Sequence record: MH595538.1
Reading direction: 5' to 3' (one strand)
Length of the DNA stretch: 64,000 nt
Shown: one piece after another, positions 42,831 to 52,605 of the stretch
How positions within the stretch are numbered: the stretch's first letter is position 1
Layout: each line of letters opens with the position of its first letter
Program-made: the position numbers and the translations under genes
Notes under the pieces: model-generated
Database searches by the model: none
Seen by the model: only the letters and a program-made list of their open reading frames with translations
Told to the model about the DNA's origin: nothing

Positions 42831-44483
42831 ATGACAGTTACATTAATCGATCCACCAGAAGGACGACAGTTTCATATCTGGCGGATAGACGAATTGTATT
42901 TCGGCGGTACCGTTACTCCCGGCACTCGTTTCCGACCACGTGTTGGAGATAAGATGGTTGACTGGGATGAAGGTGAGTATCGCATCGTAGCAGTAAGCAG
43001 CGAAGGTATTCCAACCTTAGAGAAAAAGATCAGTTACTTACAAGAAGGCTCTTTTGATCCCGAAAGTGTTTCTCTGGTTACTCCTTTTACGGAATACCAG
43101 CCTAATGCAAGTACTGCGATTTTCTTTGATTCAACCACCAGTCCATATACCTGTACGGTGGATAGCCGCTATCCTGTATTATCTCAGGATGCGACATCAA
43201 TGATCTTCTATAAAGGGACTGATGTCTCTGTTAACGGAACGATCATTAGTGAAGTACGTGATATCAATGACAATGTCATCAGTAACGAAATCCCGCTCAT
43301 TGCAATTGATCCAACTAAGCCTGCTGTAAAAAGACCCGTACCGTTTGTGACCTCTACGTTACTAACAGCAGGGGATACAGTAACAGGCGTGGCCTATAGT
43401 GCTGCAACTGGACCTACAACGAAGACTATCTTTGCTGTAGAGGAAAGTGCTGCTATTCGACCTGCTGATCTATCAGGCATCTTCCTGGAAGATATTGAAT
43501 TGGTTTCTGATCTCATCGATCCTAGTGACGACACCTTGTTGCTTAACAAACTAGGTACGCCATTTAGATCTTCGTTGGTTCAAGCGAGACTGAAGTACTC
43601 TGACGGCAGCACTACCGTTATCAATATCGACGGAAACAAATGTAAGCTGCCTGGCGTTGATCGTTTTGATACGAGTTCTCTAGTAAGGCCAACGACCATT
43701 GTTCTGTCTTACTATCCTGACAGTAACGAACCAGCAGTTAACCTGAATGGCTCTACGGCACCTAGCATCTCTAAGATCTATCGCCTTGCGAATATCGTTC
43801 AGGATACTAACTACAGTCTCAAACTGTTCGTTGTTCCTGAATATCAAGATCCTGTAAACGGCTATACACTAAGATGGTGGTTAAACAACTTAGAGCGTGA
43901 CGTTAACCTAGATGTCACGGCTAACGTCGTCGCAAGACGTCCTGATCTACAGAACTTTATCGGCAATGCCTATAATGTAGAACAGGAAATAACCGCGAGT
44001 CTGAATCTGGATGATGTCATTCCGGTTACTTATAACGGATATGTTCACAGCCAGTTAGTGGACATTACTGTAGGACTGCCTAATGGCGCGTCAAATGCAT
44101 TCTTGATTGATTACTTAGGCGACGGGATCAATGTCTTTGGCGATGGCTTGTCTGCGACAGTAACGACCGATGCTGCGGGCACCATCAATCTGTCTTCAGG
44201 TAAGGCAACGCAAACAGAATGGCTAAGCTACATGTTAACTGCTGTTGCTCCTTTGTTTGACACATCTCTGATGACAACACCGCCAGTGCCAACGCACTTC
44301 CGTTATATTTATGATGGAATTGAATCTCCAGAATTTGAGATTACTGATTGGGATTCTGATTTACCTAAGACCGCAGGCATTGCAAACTTTGCAGCTGACA
44401 AGACAGTCGATATTGTTTGGTTAATTCAGGACTCAGGTAACTGGGATGTTCTAGGTCACACGCCGCTAATTACAAGCACGTAA
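42831..44483 (+). CDS. Virion structural protein (phiKZ gp26-like)
   Basis: 550 aa, beta-rich, immediately upstream of the terminase. Confidence 0.65.
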   Translation: MTVTLIDPPEGRQFHIWRIDELYFGGTVTPGTRFRPRVGDKMVDWDEGEYRIVAVSSEGIPTLEKKISYLQEGSFDPESVSLVTPFTEYQPNASTAIFFDSTTSPYTCTVDSRYPVLSQDATSMIFYKGTDVSVNGTIISEVRDINDNVISNEIPLIAIDPTKPAVKRPVPFVTSTLLTAGDTVTGVAYSAATGPTTKTIFAVEESAAIRPADLSGIFLEDIELVSDLIDPSDDTLLLNKLGTPFRSSLVQARLKYSDGSTTVINIDGNKCKLPGVDRFDTSSLVRPTTIVLSYYPDSNEPAVNLNGSTAPSISKIYRLANIVQDTNYSLKLFVVPEYQDPVNGYTLRWWLNNLERDVNLDVTANVVARRPDLQNFIGNAYNVEQEITASLNLDDVIPVTYNGYVHSQLVDITVGLPNGASNAFLIDYLGDGINVFGDGLSATVTTDAAGTINLSSGKATQTEWLSYMLTAVAPLFDTSLMTTPPVPTHFRYIYDGIESPEFEITDWDSDLPKTAGIANFAADKTVDIVWLIQDSGNWDVLGHTPLITST

Positions 44484-44494
44484 ATAAAAATAAT

Positions 44495-44516
44495 AGGGTC
44501 CCCAGATGGGGACCCT
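44495..44516 (+). terminator. Hairpin (terminator or processing site)
   Basis: AGGGTCCCCA-GA-TGGGGACCCT. Confidence 0.5.
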
Positions 44517-44534
44517 TAATAATGGAGATTATCT

Positions 44535-46691
44535 ATGATTCTATTCTTAGATGATTGGAAGAAGTATCCGACTGCTATTTATGACGATACAACCACCAAC
44601 CAGAGTTTCATACGTCTTGTAGAGACTTATTATCGAATGGGAATAAAGAATCACTTATTTCCATTAGCACTCTATCAGCCGGCATTAAAAGGCGTTGATC
44701 CGTTTAGTCCTGACTTGACTATTCAACAGCATGCAATGATTACGGCAGAATGTAAGCATAACCCATGGTATTTCTTTAGAGAAGTATCTAGGGTACCAGC
44801 GGGCGGTGGCGACCCAATTCAATTTAGAGCCAGTCGTGCGAATATTGCGATGTACTGGTCTTTCTTTAACCACATCGATTATTCTAACATTCAACCTCGT
44901 CAGTGCGGTAAGTCAGTAGCAGCGGATGTCTTGAATAACTGGTTATTGAACTTGGCGGCCTATAACGTTAACATACAGTTATATACACACTCTCGTTCAC
45001 TGCGTGCAGAAAACATCGCTCGTCTTAAAAAGATCCGTGATACACTGCCTGGATTCATGAACTATTATGATCCTCGTCGTGATGCAGATAACACTGAGAT
45101 GCTAACATGTCTTGCCCTTAAGAATAAATACCTGACTGCGGTAGCTCAGAAAGATAAAGATCAAGCACACAACCTCGGGCGTGGAATGACAGTACCTATC
45201 TTCCAAGGAGACGAAATTCCATTCTGCCCTAACTTGAAAACGTCTTATCCTGTAATCATGGGTGCGACTACTGCCGCTCGTGAAATTGCACATGAACGTG
45301 GTTCTTTCTATGGTAACCTGATCACAACAACGGCCGGTGACTTATTAACTGAGTCTGGTCGATTTGCATATAAGTTGATAAACAACGGCATGCCATGGGA
45401 CGAAAGAATTCTAGATTGTGCGAACATAGAAGAAGCACATGAAATGGTACGTGCTAATAGTCGCGATCCAGAAGCATTGATGATCAACGGTACGTTCTCT
45501 GCATTGCAGGTCGGTAAGACAATGGAGTGGCTTAAGTCTGCGATCTCTAAAGCGAAAGGTACACCAGAAGATGCTCGCCGAGATTATCTAAACGAATGGA
45601 CGGCTGATACTACTGACTCTCCTTTGCCTAAGAATGTACATGAAGCACTGCGTAAGTCTATCACTGAAAGAATGCATACCGATGCGAACAAGTACAATTA
45701 CATGATGTACTGGTACATTCCTCAGGGCTCTATTCTTAACCGTCTAGATGACTGCTACACTGTATTAACGCTTGATACTGCAAACATGATCGGTCGAGAT
45801 GCCAACGGTCTTGTTCTGCAAGATCTTCGTTCAATGGAAGTATTAGCAACGTCTGAAGTTAAGGAAGGATCACTAACAGACTACGGACACTGGATCTCTG
45901 ACTTGCTGATTGCTTACCCTAAAATGACATTGGTTATTGAGCACAAGTCATCCGCAACCGGTATGATCGACACGATCACTTCGCGCCTAATTGCAGCAGG
46001 CTACGATCCATTTACTCGTATCTTTAACCAGGTTGTTGACCAGCCTGAAAAATACGAGCGTCAATGGCAAGATGTTAGCCAAGGCATCGGTCTTAAAGAC
46101 TATCATTATGCGACTAAGTTTAAGAATACGTTTGGTTTCAATACCAGCGGTAAAAACCGTGATGCTCTATACGGACAAGTTTTACATAGAGCAACGACAA
46201 CCTGTTCTCACTTAGTAAAAGATGAAACTCTGGTTAACCAGCTACGTCAGCTTGTTAAGAAGAACGGCCGTATAGACCACCCAGAAGGCGGTCACGACGA
46301 TTTAGTTATCTCATGGCTACTAGGACATTGGTTTGCGACTAACGCCCGTAATCTACACTTCTACGGCATCCCTGCGGGCTATACACAATCGCTTGTAAGG
46401 GAAAACGGTTCTGTACAGGATGAAGATGAATTAGAGAAACTGCGAGTACATAAAGAGCTCTTGGCTAAAATTGATCTTTTGAAGGAACAGTTGCTTGTTG
46501 AGAAGAATGAGATCGTTAGGCAATCTATTGAACTTAAGGTCCATTCCTTAGTTGATAAGATTCCTGATGAATCAGCACGAGGCAGGATACTGGATGACGT
46601 CTTCAAAGAACTTGAAGAAAAACGTCGTAGTAAAACCAGTCTTAAGGATGCACTTCGTAGAAACCGCAAACAATCTGTTTCATGGTATTAA
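44535..46691 (+). CDS. terL: Terminase large subunit (phiKZ gp25-like)
   Basis: Walker A QPRQCGKS, Walker B FQGDE, ITTTAG coupling motif, nuclease LDTA and HDDLVISWL. Confidence 0.92.
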   Translation: MILFLDDWKKYPTAIYDDTTTNQSFIRLVETYYRMGIKNHLFPLALYQPALKGVDPFSPDLTIQQHAMITAECKHNPWYFFREVSRVPAGGGDPIQFRASRANIAMYWSFFNHIDYSNIQPRQCGKSVAADVLNNWLLNLAAYNVNIQLYTHSRSLRAENIARLKKIRDTLPGFMNYYDPRRDADNTEMLTCLALKNKYLTAVAQKDKDQAHNLGRGMTVPIFQGDEIPFCPNLKTSYPVIMGATTAAREIAHERGSFYGNLITTTAGDLLTESGRFAYKLINNGMPWDERILDCANIEEAHEMVRANSRDPEALMINGTFSALQVGKTMEWLKSAISKAKGTPEDARRDYLNEWTADTTDSPLPKNVHEALRKSITERMHTDANKYNYMMYWYIPQGSILNRLDDCYTVLTLDTANMIGRDANGLVLQDLRSMEVLATSEVKEGSLTDYGHWISDLLIAYPKMTLVIEHKSSATGMIDTITSRLIAAGYDPFTRIFNQVVDQPEKYERQWQDVSQGIGLKDYHYATKFKNTFGFNTSGKNRDALYGQVLHRATTTCSHLVKDETLVNQLRQLVKKNGRIDHPEGGHDDLVISWLLGHWFATNARNLHFYGIPAGYTQSLVRENGSVQDEDELEKLRVHKELLAKIDLLKEQLLVEKNEIVRQSIELKVHSLVDKIPDESARGRILDDVFKELEEKRRSKTSLKDALRRNRKQSVSWY

Positions 46692-46698
46692 AAACATA

Positions 46699-46722
46699 CT
46701 CCTCTCCCGTCAGGGAGAGGAG
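46699..46722. terminator. Bidirectional terminator hairpin
   Basis: CTCCTCTCCC-GTCA-GGGAGAGGAG between convergent genes. Confidence 0.7.
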
Positions 46723-46727
46723 GTATT

Positions 46728-47792
46728 TTATTTCTTGTACTTACTCAAAGACTTTTTACAGTATCCCAAAGACTCGGCGATAATATAATCAGCCATGCGC
46801 ACCATATCTTTTTCTAGTCCGATCAGGAGTTTAAATGAAGTATTTTCCTTGGGACTGAACACGCCTGATTTAGAACGGCCGTGTTTTATGAATGACATGT
46901 CCTTTGCCGCAGACTGCATTGTCTTAGCCGTGGTTTCTATCGCACTTGTGATTTGCAATACATCCTTGGTTGAAAGCACCGGGGCCTCCACGTCGCCTTT
47001 AGCAACAACAAGCTTTTTACCAGATATCGTATCCAATGTTGTCCCGCCTACATAAGTAAGGAACATATTTGCATCGTCAGCATAAGAGATATGATAATCC
47101 GTTCGGTTAATTGCCTGTTTTGTCTTTGTCTCTGTCCCATGAGGGGCGTGGCTATTAGTAAATGCACGTATAGGGTTCTTAGCCGCCAATACCTTATCAT
47201 TGGCCTTACTGGCTTCATTCATGGAGGCAATGAGGGCTTTGCCTCTTGATGCATTAAACTTATTAACCGAAGATAAAAGACCTAGTGTTACAGAAGCATT
47301 AGTTTTAGCGTTTACTGTAATGCGGTGTTTGACAGAAACATCCTTATCTCCTCCCAGCTCCGCATCGCGTAACTCACGAGCTTTGTCAGCGAGGTCTTTT
47401 GCGTTATTGATATAACGCTGGTTACGATCTACCATGCCTTTTAAGAAGTTACCGGCTGAAGTCAAAAAGCTTTCTTCTAGCTTTTCAAGTGCAACATCTA
47501 TATTCTTTATTGCCGTCGGGGCATTGTCGACAGTGATTGCTTCAGGAAATTCAACACCATAAGAAAGAATAGAGTCATTCATCGACTCCATCACAAATTC
47601 AGTACGAGCCTCTTCGTCACTCTCTAGAAGGTTGTTAATCAGAGCCTTGGTCTTTTCAAGAGATGTAATCTGGCTATAAATCTCATCAAGCTCGTATCCT
47701 TTTGAAAGATAGGTTTCTTCAGGGACCTGAATGTCTTCGAGATCCTTAGCCTTGAAGTTTTCATCATTAAAATAATCTTGTAAATTAAACAT
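46728..47792 (-). CDS. Probable internal head protein
   Basis: Acidic N-terminal propeptide with VME/ALE motifs followed by a basic region; start at MFNLQ (47792). Confidence 0.6.
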   Translation of the reverse strand: MFNLQDYFNDENFKAKDLEDIQVPEETYLSKGYELDEIYSQITSLEKTKALINNLLESDEEARTEFVMESMNDSILSYGVEFPEAITVDNAPTAIKNIDVALEKLEESFLTSAGNFLKGMVDRNQRYINNAKDLADKARELRDAELGGDKDVSVKHRITVNAKTNASVTLGLLSSVNKFNASRGKALIASMNEASKANDKVLAAKNPIRAFTNSHAPHGTETKTKQAINRTDYHISYADDANMFLTYVGGTTLDTISGKKLVVAKGDVEAPVLSTKDVLQITSAIETTAKTMQSAAKDMSFIKHGRSKSGVFSPKENTSFKLLIGLEKDMVRMADYIIAESLGYCKKSLSKYKK

Positions 47793-47797
47793 AGTGT

Positions 47798-49027
47798 TTA
47801 CCCGTAATGATTGATAGAAAGCATTCGTAATGTAAGATATATGACCATTGCAATAGTGCAAGATACTTTGACAGAATCTCTAGCTCGAGGGATAGCGTCA
47901 TTAACGATCATTGTAAAATCATTCTTGATTTCGATAACATCTGGTTTCTTAGTCCTAGAGCTACGGAAGATATTTTTAATCCTCGCGACCACCTGAGGAA
48001 TGTTTGAAAGATCGAGATTGGCTACTTTGGCTTCATGGATGACATAGACGACCAGACGATCTAAAGCTGCACGATGAGGAGAATCATGACTCTTCTTATC
48101 CATGGCATTGAAGTTATCGGAAAAGTACTCGAGGGTTTTCTCAAGCATATCTGCATTAGCCGATGTAATCAGATCTGATGTAAAGTCGATTAATTGCTGC
48201 CTGATTAAATCCCGAGGATCTTCTGCGATCTCAGACATTACCCGTTTAAGTTCATTTTCCTTACGTGCGAAATCACGCAATACCTTCTCGCCGTCGATAT
48301 CAGAACCTATAGTAGACATTGACAATATCTTACCTTGCTGGTCTTTAATATCATGGAACTTAGAAGTAAGTAGATTGAGCACGCCGACAATACGGTCCTG
48401 TATATCGCCGGTGGCATAAAGGATACGCTCATCAGGGCTCATCTTAGCGACAAACTTAGAATGTATTCCTCGAGGGCTTATGAAATCTTCGCCTCTTTCT
48501 AAAAGCAGTGACTTCCAATCCCCTAGTCGTTTAAGGTCAGTCTTGTTATCTAGTGACTCATATAACTGAGCAGCGATAGCAGGATCGGCATTAAACTTAA
48601 AACGACGAGTAATTTGTGAACATAGGTGTTTTGTGATTGCCATCGCAACAGTATGAACCATTGCAGGCTCTTTGTATTTTCTATTGACGTTGGAATCAAA
48701 TAGGCGGAATACCGCATACATATAGGCCAGGTTTACAACGTCTGATGCAACCTTGTGATTTTCATCTACTGTCTTTAATGCAAAAAGATCAGTTTGGCAC
48801 TGCACAGGATCTTCAATACCTAACAGTTCTTCTAGAAAGAACATGGCGTCTGAAGTTAGATAACGAATGGGATAAACCCCGACATAGGGACTATTAAAAA
48901 ATTTACTGTGGCTATCACTGCGACTGATAAATTTTTGCCAGGTGACAATCATTGCAATAGCAAACTTATCATCAACCGTAGCCGTACAGTGATAATCAAA
49001 GACTTCTTTGATTGATTTAAAACTCAT
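47798..49027 (-). CDS. Conserved jumbo-phage protein (probable virion protein)
   Basis: 409 aa helical ORF near the terminase/sheath block. Confidence 0.55.
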   Translation of the reverse strand: MSFKSIKEVFDYHCTATVDDKFAIAMIVTWQKFISRSDSHSKFFNSPYVGVYPIRYLTSDAMFFLEELLGIEDPVQCQTDLFALKTVDENHKVASDVVNLAYMYAVFRLFDSNVNRKYKEPAMVHTVAMAITKHLCSQITRRFKFNADPAIAAQLYESLDNKTDLKRLGDWKSLLLERGEDFISPRGIHSKFVAKMSPDERILYATGDIQDRIVGVLNLLTSKFHDIKDQQGKILSMSTIGSDIDGEKVLRDFARKENELKRVMSEIAEDPRDLIRQQLIDFTSDLITSANADMLEKTLEYFSDNFNAMDKKSHDSPHRAALDRLVVYVIHEAKVANLDLSNIPQVVARIKNIFRSSRTKKPDVIEIKNDFTMIVNDAIPRARDSVKVSCTIAMVIYLTLRMLSINHYG

Positions 49028-49076
49028 GACGATCCCTTATATAAGGATAGGACGGACTATTCAATTAGTTCTGATA

Positions 49077-49094
49077 CCTATATAACCATAATGA
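49077..49094 (+). promoter_or_regulatory. Putative phage early promoter motif, copy 3
   Basis: CCTATATAACCATAATGA. Confidence 0.65.
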
Positions 49095-49120
49095 ATTAAA
49101 CCTTAAAATAGGAGATTGAA

Positions 49121-49720
49121 ATGTCTAAGTTAGGTACTTTAGTGAGTGTACACTATACAGAGAATAAAAGGTTCTATGATCAGTGTGATGCGGGACACCA
49201 GCTATCACATGTGGCACTAGTGGCGGCTGAAGCGGACCGTATTAATAAAGAACTAGGTAGTCCTTACTCAACCGAGTTAGTGGTTGCTGCTGCTATGTGG
49301 CACGACATATTTTCTACAAAAGAACATCGTGATGTGCATGAACAGAAAGCAGCCGATTATGTATTAGAGCATCAGCAAGATCATGTCATTTTAACTTCTT
49401 TTACCAAAGAAGAAATAATTCTAATCTCTAATGCCATCCGTCAGCATCGTGCTTCCTATAAAGGAGAGTATTCTTCTAAACTCAGTGAGATCATCGCAGC
49501 AGCTGATAGAGGTAATCCAGATTTAGATAAAATGCTACGTCGTGTAATTAAGATAAAGATGGATGTTTACTCCATGGATTATGATACGGCATATAGCGAA
49601 GGCATAATACACTTAAAAGAAAAGTTTGGTAAGAACGGATATGCGAAATATCCTAAACTCTATCAAGACATGTATTCTTCCGAAATTCAAGATTTACAAA
49701 ATAAACTAGAATCGCTCTAG
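49121..49720 (+). CDS. HD-domain phosphohydrolase
   Basis: H(QLS)H...AAMWHD...QHR...AADR: H-HD-H-D metal-binding motif. Confidence 0.85.
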   Translation: MSKLGTLVSVHYTENKRFYDQCDAGHQLSHVALVAAEADRINKELGSPYSTELVVAAAMWHDIFSTKEHRDVHEQKAADYVLEHQQDHVILTSFTKEEIILISNAIRQHRASYKGEYSSKLSEIIAAADRGNPDLDKMLRRVIKIKMDVYSMDYDTAYSEGIIHLKEKFGKNGYAKYPKLYQDMYSSEIQDLQNKLESL

Positions 49721-49728
49721 GAGGGCGT

Positions 49729-50454
49729 ATGGAATTAGCTCAAATAAATAGCGCTAATAACTTCGTGATTAACGAAGGGATTAAGCGCGTGAGAGATCAT
49801 ACTGAGAAACCTGATAACTATGTTATCATTACACCCAGAATACTCTCTGGAATGAAATACCAGCTTCCGCATGTAATGACATGTCCTGTGATTTTTATCG
49901 ACTTTAATAAATTCAATCCGCTTAAGATACCACATCATGTTATCTTTAAGAAGCGAGTGATTATTGCACAGTCGATAATATCAGCAATGGCAGACTGTCA
50001 CTTCGAAAAGGAATTAGTTTTGAGTGATGTTGATTTCAACTTCTCTCATAACCTTCCTAATGTAGAAAGTTTTATCTTCGTGGATGAACCTGCCCTGCAG
50101 GCCTATATTGAAAAGAAGTCTATTAACCGAGTCAAGAATAATAGAACGTTAATTAAGTTAGAGCGTAATGGCGATGGCTTGACCATGCGGACACTTATTC
50201 TTGATGCTTTCAATAAAATCATCCCTGTTGATATTAAAGATTACCTCAAGCAAACTGGAGTTAACTTTAGGTATATAAAAAGAGAGGACACTTATTATAT
50301 AGATGGAGACCTATTGTTACATGGCCCCATTCCCTTTACGGTACCCAAGGGCTATATAATAAACGGGGACTTAATTATTATTGACGATGCCGGTTTCAGG
50401 CTACCTTCTAAATTAAAGATAGCTGGAGAATTAGATATCAGAGGATCTTTGTGA
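49729..50454 (+). CDS. Hypothetical protein with C-terminal GDL-x-LP solenoid-type repeats
   Basis: IDGDLLLH...VPKGYIINGDLIII...LPSKLKIAGELDI. Confidence 0.55.
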   Translation: MELAQINSANNFVINEGIKRVRDHTEKPDNYVIITPRILSGMKYQLPHVMTCPVIFIDFNKFNPLKIPHHVIFKKRVIIAQSIISAMADCHFEKELVLSDVDFNFSHNLPNVESFIFVDEPALQAYIEKKSINRVKNNRTLIKLERNGDGLTMRTLILDAFNKIIPVDIKDYLKQTGVNFRYIKREDTYYIDGDLLLHGPIPFTVPKGYIINGDLIIIDDAGFRLPSKLKIAGELDIRGSL

Positions 50455-50460
50455 AAAATT

Positions 50461-50766
50461 ATGTTTCTCGAATTAAACGACAATGGCCGAACTATCATTG
50501 CACTCGGCCAATTCTTTTACTATGAAGATAAGTTCTATCATGCAACAATGCTAGGTTATTGCAGTTTCAACAAGGACGTTGTTGCTCAGCTGCGAACTTA
50601 TTTTCTCACTCCTGTACATATACGTCAGGAAACAGCCATGCATCCTAATGCAATCATTCGTCAGTTATGTATGCATAACTTGGCACATCTGGATATCCTA
50701 TGTAACGACCCGTCACAGGTCATTGCAGTAGGTTCCAGAGAAAGACTACATCTCATGGTCGCTTAA
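50461..50766 (+). CDS. Hypothetical protein
   Basis: 101 aa ORF in the same operon. Confidence 0.5.
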   Translation: MFLELNDNGRTIIALGQFFYYEDKFYHATMLGYCSFNKDVVAQLRTYFLTPVHIRQETAMHPNAIIRQLCMHNLAHLDILCNDPSQVIAVGSRERLHLMVA

Positions 50767-50852
50767 TCTTTTTTTTTCATCAAATCTTATGATTTATAAG
50801 GGGATGCTATACCGTCATCCCCGTCAACCAGCTTAAAAAGGAAACCCACAAA

Positions 50853-51800
50853 ATGAGTAACTGGAATAACAACTATGGCCGAGGCGGTAAAAGTTTTCAG
50901 CCTGCAGAACGCCCAGTACTAGACCCTGAACATGAACTGCAAGCAATTGCTGAAGCAGCCATTAAAGATAAAGGCGACTTGAGACGTTACTCTGTTCGCG
51001 GTAAAGATCCGATTACTCAGACTACCGTTCTGAATTCTGATCCATCTCGTAAGAGCATTGTTATTGCACAAGCTGCCCTAATGGTTCACAGTCAGTGCGG
51101 TATCAGTCCTGAGAACTCACGCTTCCCCGCAGTAGGTAAGTTTGATACTCGCTATGACGATAACCAGCACTTTATCATGTACGAAGGCCCTATTCCATGG
51201 CACCATGATTCAAACTGGATTCACATCCCTTGTTGGACTCGCTATGTAATCAGCCGCTGCGGTCAAGTACTTAATGCTAACAACGGTATGGCCGTTAAGC
51301 CTAACGAATGGGGTATGTACGAACTTGTACCAGATGGCCCAAGTAACAAGCTTAAAAAGGTTACAGGCAAAGAACTTATGCGCATGGCATTTGTTCCGTT
51401 ACCTGAAGACTTCCGAGATTACGGAATGCGCATGTATTCTCACGTCTGGGATGTTGATCCTGAGAAAGGCATTGAATGCTGGATTCCTTTACCTCCTGTT
51501 ATGTGTAAAACAGATAACGGTGTTGAAGAATTCCGTAATATTCGCGAAGCAGTAAAATGTTTAGTAGAAAAATTCAATTCTAAGAAACAATGGAACGACT
51601 ACACCTGGAAAGGTAAACTCGACGGACAAACAGTCAACATTGACGGTATCACAGCGAAAGAGAAAACTCCGCCAGCTGAAAAATTACCAATTCCGACGAT
51701 CGCAGCTACCCCGGCAGGTACTCAAGAAACTAATAGTGCTCCTCAGCAAACGGAAGCAGCCCCAGCAGAAGCAGACTTCGATGAAGATTTTTCATTCTAA
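50853..51800 (+). CDS. NUMOD4/HNH-derived protein, catalytically degenerate, with acidic aromatic tail
   Basis: WIHIPCWTRYVISRCGQV (NUMOD4-like), MRMAFVPLP, EEFRNIREAVKCL (NUMOD1-like); ends ADFDEDFSF. Confidence 0.6.
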   Translation: MSNWNNNYGRGGKSFQPAERPVLDPEHELQAIAEAAIKDKGDLRRYSVRGKDPITQTTVLNSDPSRKSIVIAQAALMVHSQCGISPENSRFPAVGKFDTRYDDNQHFIMYEGPIPWHHDSNWIHIPCWTRYVISRCGQVLNANNGMAVKPNEWGMYELVPDGPSNKLKKVTGKELMRMAFVPLPEDFRDYGMRMYSHVWDVDPEKGIECWIPLPPVMCKTDNGVEEFRNIREAVKCLVEKFNSKKQWNDYTWKGKLDGQTVNIDGITAKEKTPPAEKLPIPTIAATPAGTQETNSAPQQTEAAPAEADFDEDFSF

Positions 51801-51808
51801 GTAACCAT

Positions 51809-51834
51809 TATCTAGGTCCTTCGGGACCTAGATA
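51809..51834 (+). terminator. Terminator hairpin
   Basis: TATCTAGGTCC-TTCG-GGACCTAGATA. Confidence 0.65.
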
Positions 51835-51968
51835 AATAATATAAAAAAGCCCCCTCCCGAAGGAGAGGGAAAGATGGAATCAAAAAGAGGAATCAATTGG
51901 CGCTCATCCCAACAGACTCCATTGGGAAAACGTTAACTCGATTACCCACAAGATTAGAGGATTAAATC

Positions 51969-52571
51969 ATGACATTGCCCATGAGAGACGAAGAGTATAA
52001 AGAATACATCGTCGTAAATGCTGTTGATCAGCAACCTAAGGCCGAGAAGCATCTGCCGGAGGCATCTATAGATAAAAAGATATTAGAACGCATAGAGAAG
52101 CTCCCAGAGGCTCTATTGGAAGCACTGGATGATTGGATACTAGTTCCCGATGCTAAGCTCATACCCAAGCTAATGGAACTCTCAAAAGCTATTGCTCCCT
52201 TATACGGGAAACAGTCTCTGAAGTTACTGAGAGGTTTCGGCGGCGCTCCAGAATATCAGGATACAATGGGTTTAGAATTTGAATCTGGGTTTTGGCGCAG
52301 AGGACTCAAAGCTAAGATAGGCGATGAGTTTAAATACGCTAATGAAAGACCATTGTCCATGACGACCGATTTAGATATCGCTGCTGCTTTTGGAGATAAC
52401 GTAGTTAGAACCACGCAAGAAATTAAGATGTTCGATAACAACCTGCCTATCACTAGCGAACTATCTTACATTGTCTCTAAGCGAAGAAACCTTGGTGAAA
52501 CTAAAACGCAGAAAGAAGTGGTCTTATTCCCGGGCGAATATACTTTCTATATCGTACAAAAGAAAAGATAA
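51969..52571 (+). CDS. Putative ADP-ribosyltransferase (R-S-E clade)
   Basis: KLLRG (Arg), PLSMTTDLDIAAAFG (S-x-T/S motif followed by A..F), TQKEVVL (QxE). Confidence 0.6.
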   Translation: MTLPMRDEEYKEYIVVNAVDQQPKAEKHLPEASIDKKILERIEKLPEALLEALDDWILVPDAKLIPKLMELSKAIAPLYGKQSLKLLRGFGGAPEYQDTMGLEFESGFWRRGLKAKIGDEFKYANERPLSMTTDLDIAAAFGDNVVRTTQEIKMFDNNLPITSELSYIVSKRRNLGETKTQKEVVLFPGEYTFYIVQKKR

Positions 52572-52574
52572 AAC

Positions 52575-52602
52575 TACCCCTCTCCCAGACGGGAGAGGGG
52601 TA
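52575..52602. terminator. Bidirectional terminator hairpin
   Basis: TACCCCTCTCCC-AGAC-GGGAGAGGGGTA between the ART-like and Ro60 genes. Confidence 0.75.
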
Positions 52603-52605
52603 AGG

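Noticed and set aside
50853-51800. Active HNH homing endonuclease serving the RNAP intron
   Set aside because: The catalytic His/Asn residues are not recognisable, and the gene is 22 kb from the intron.
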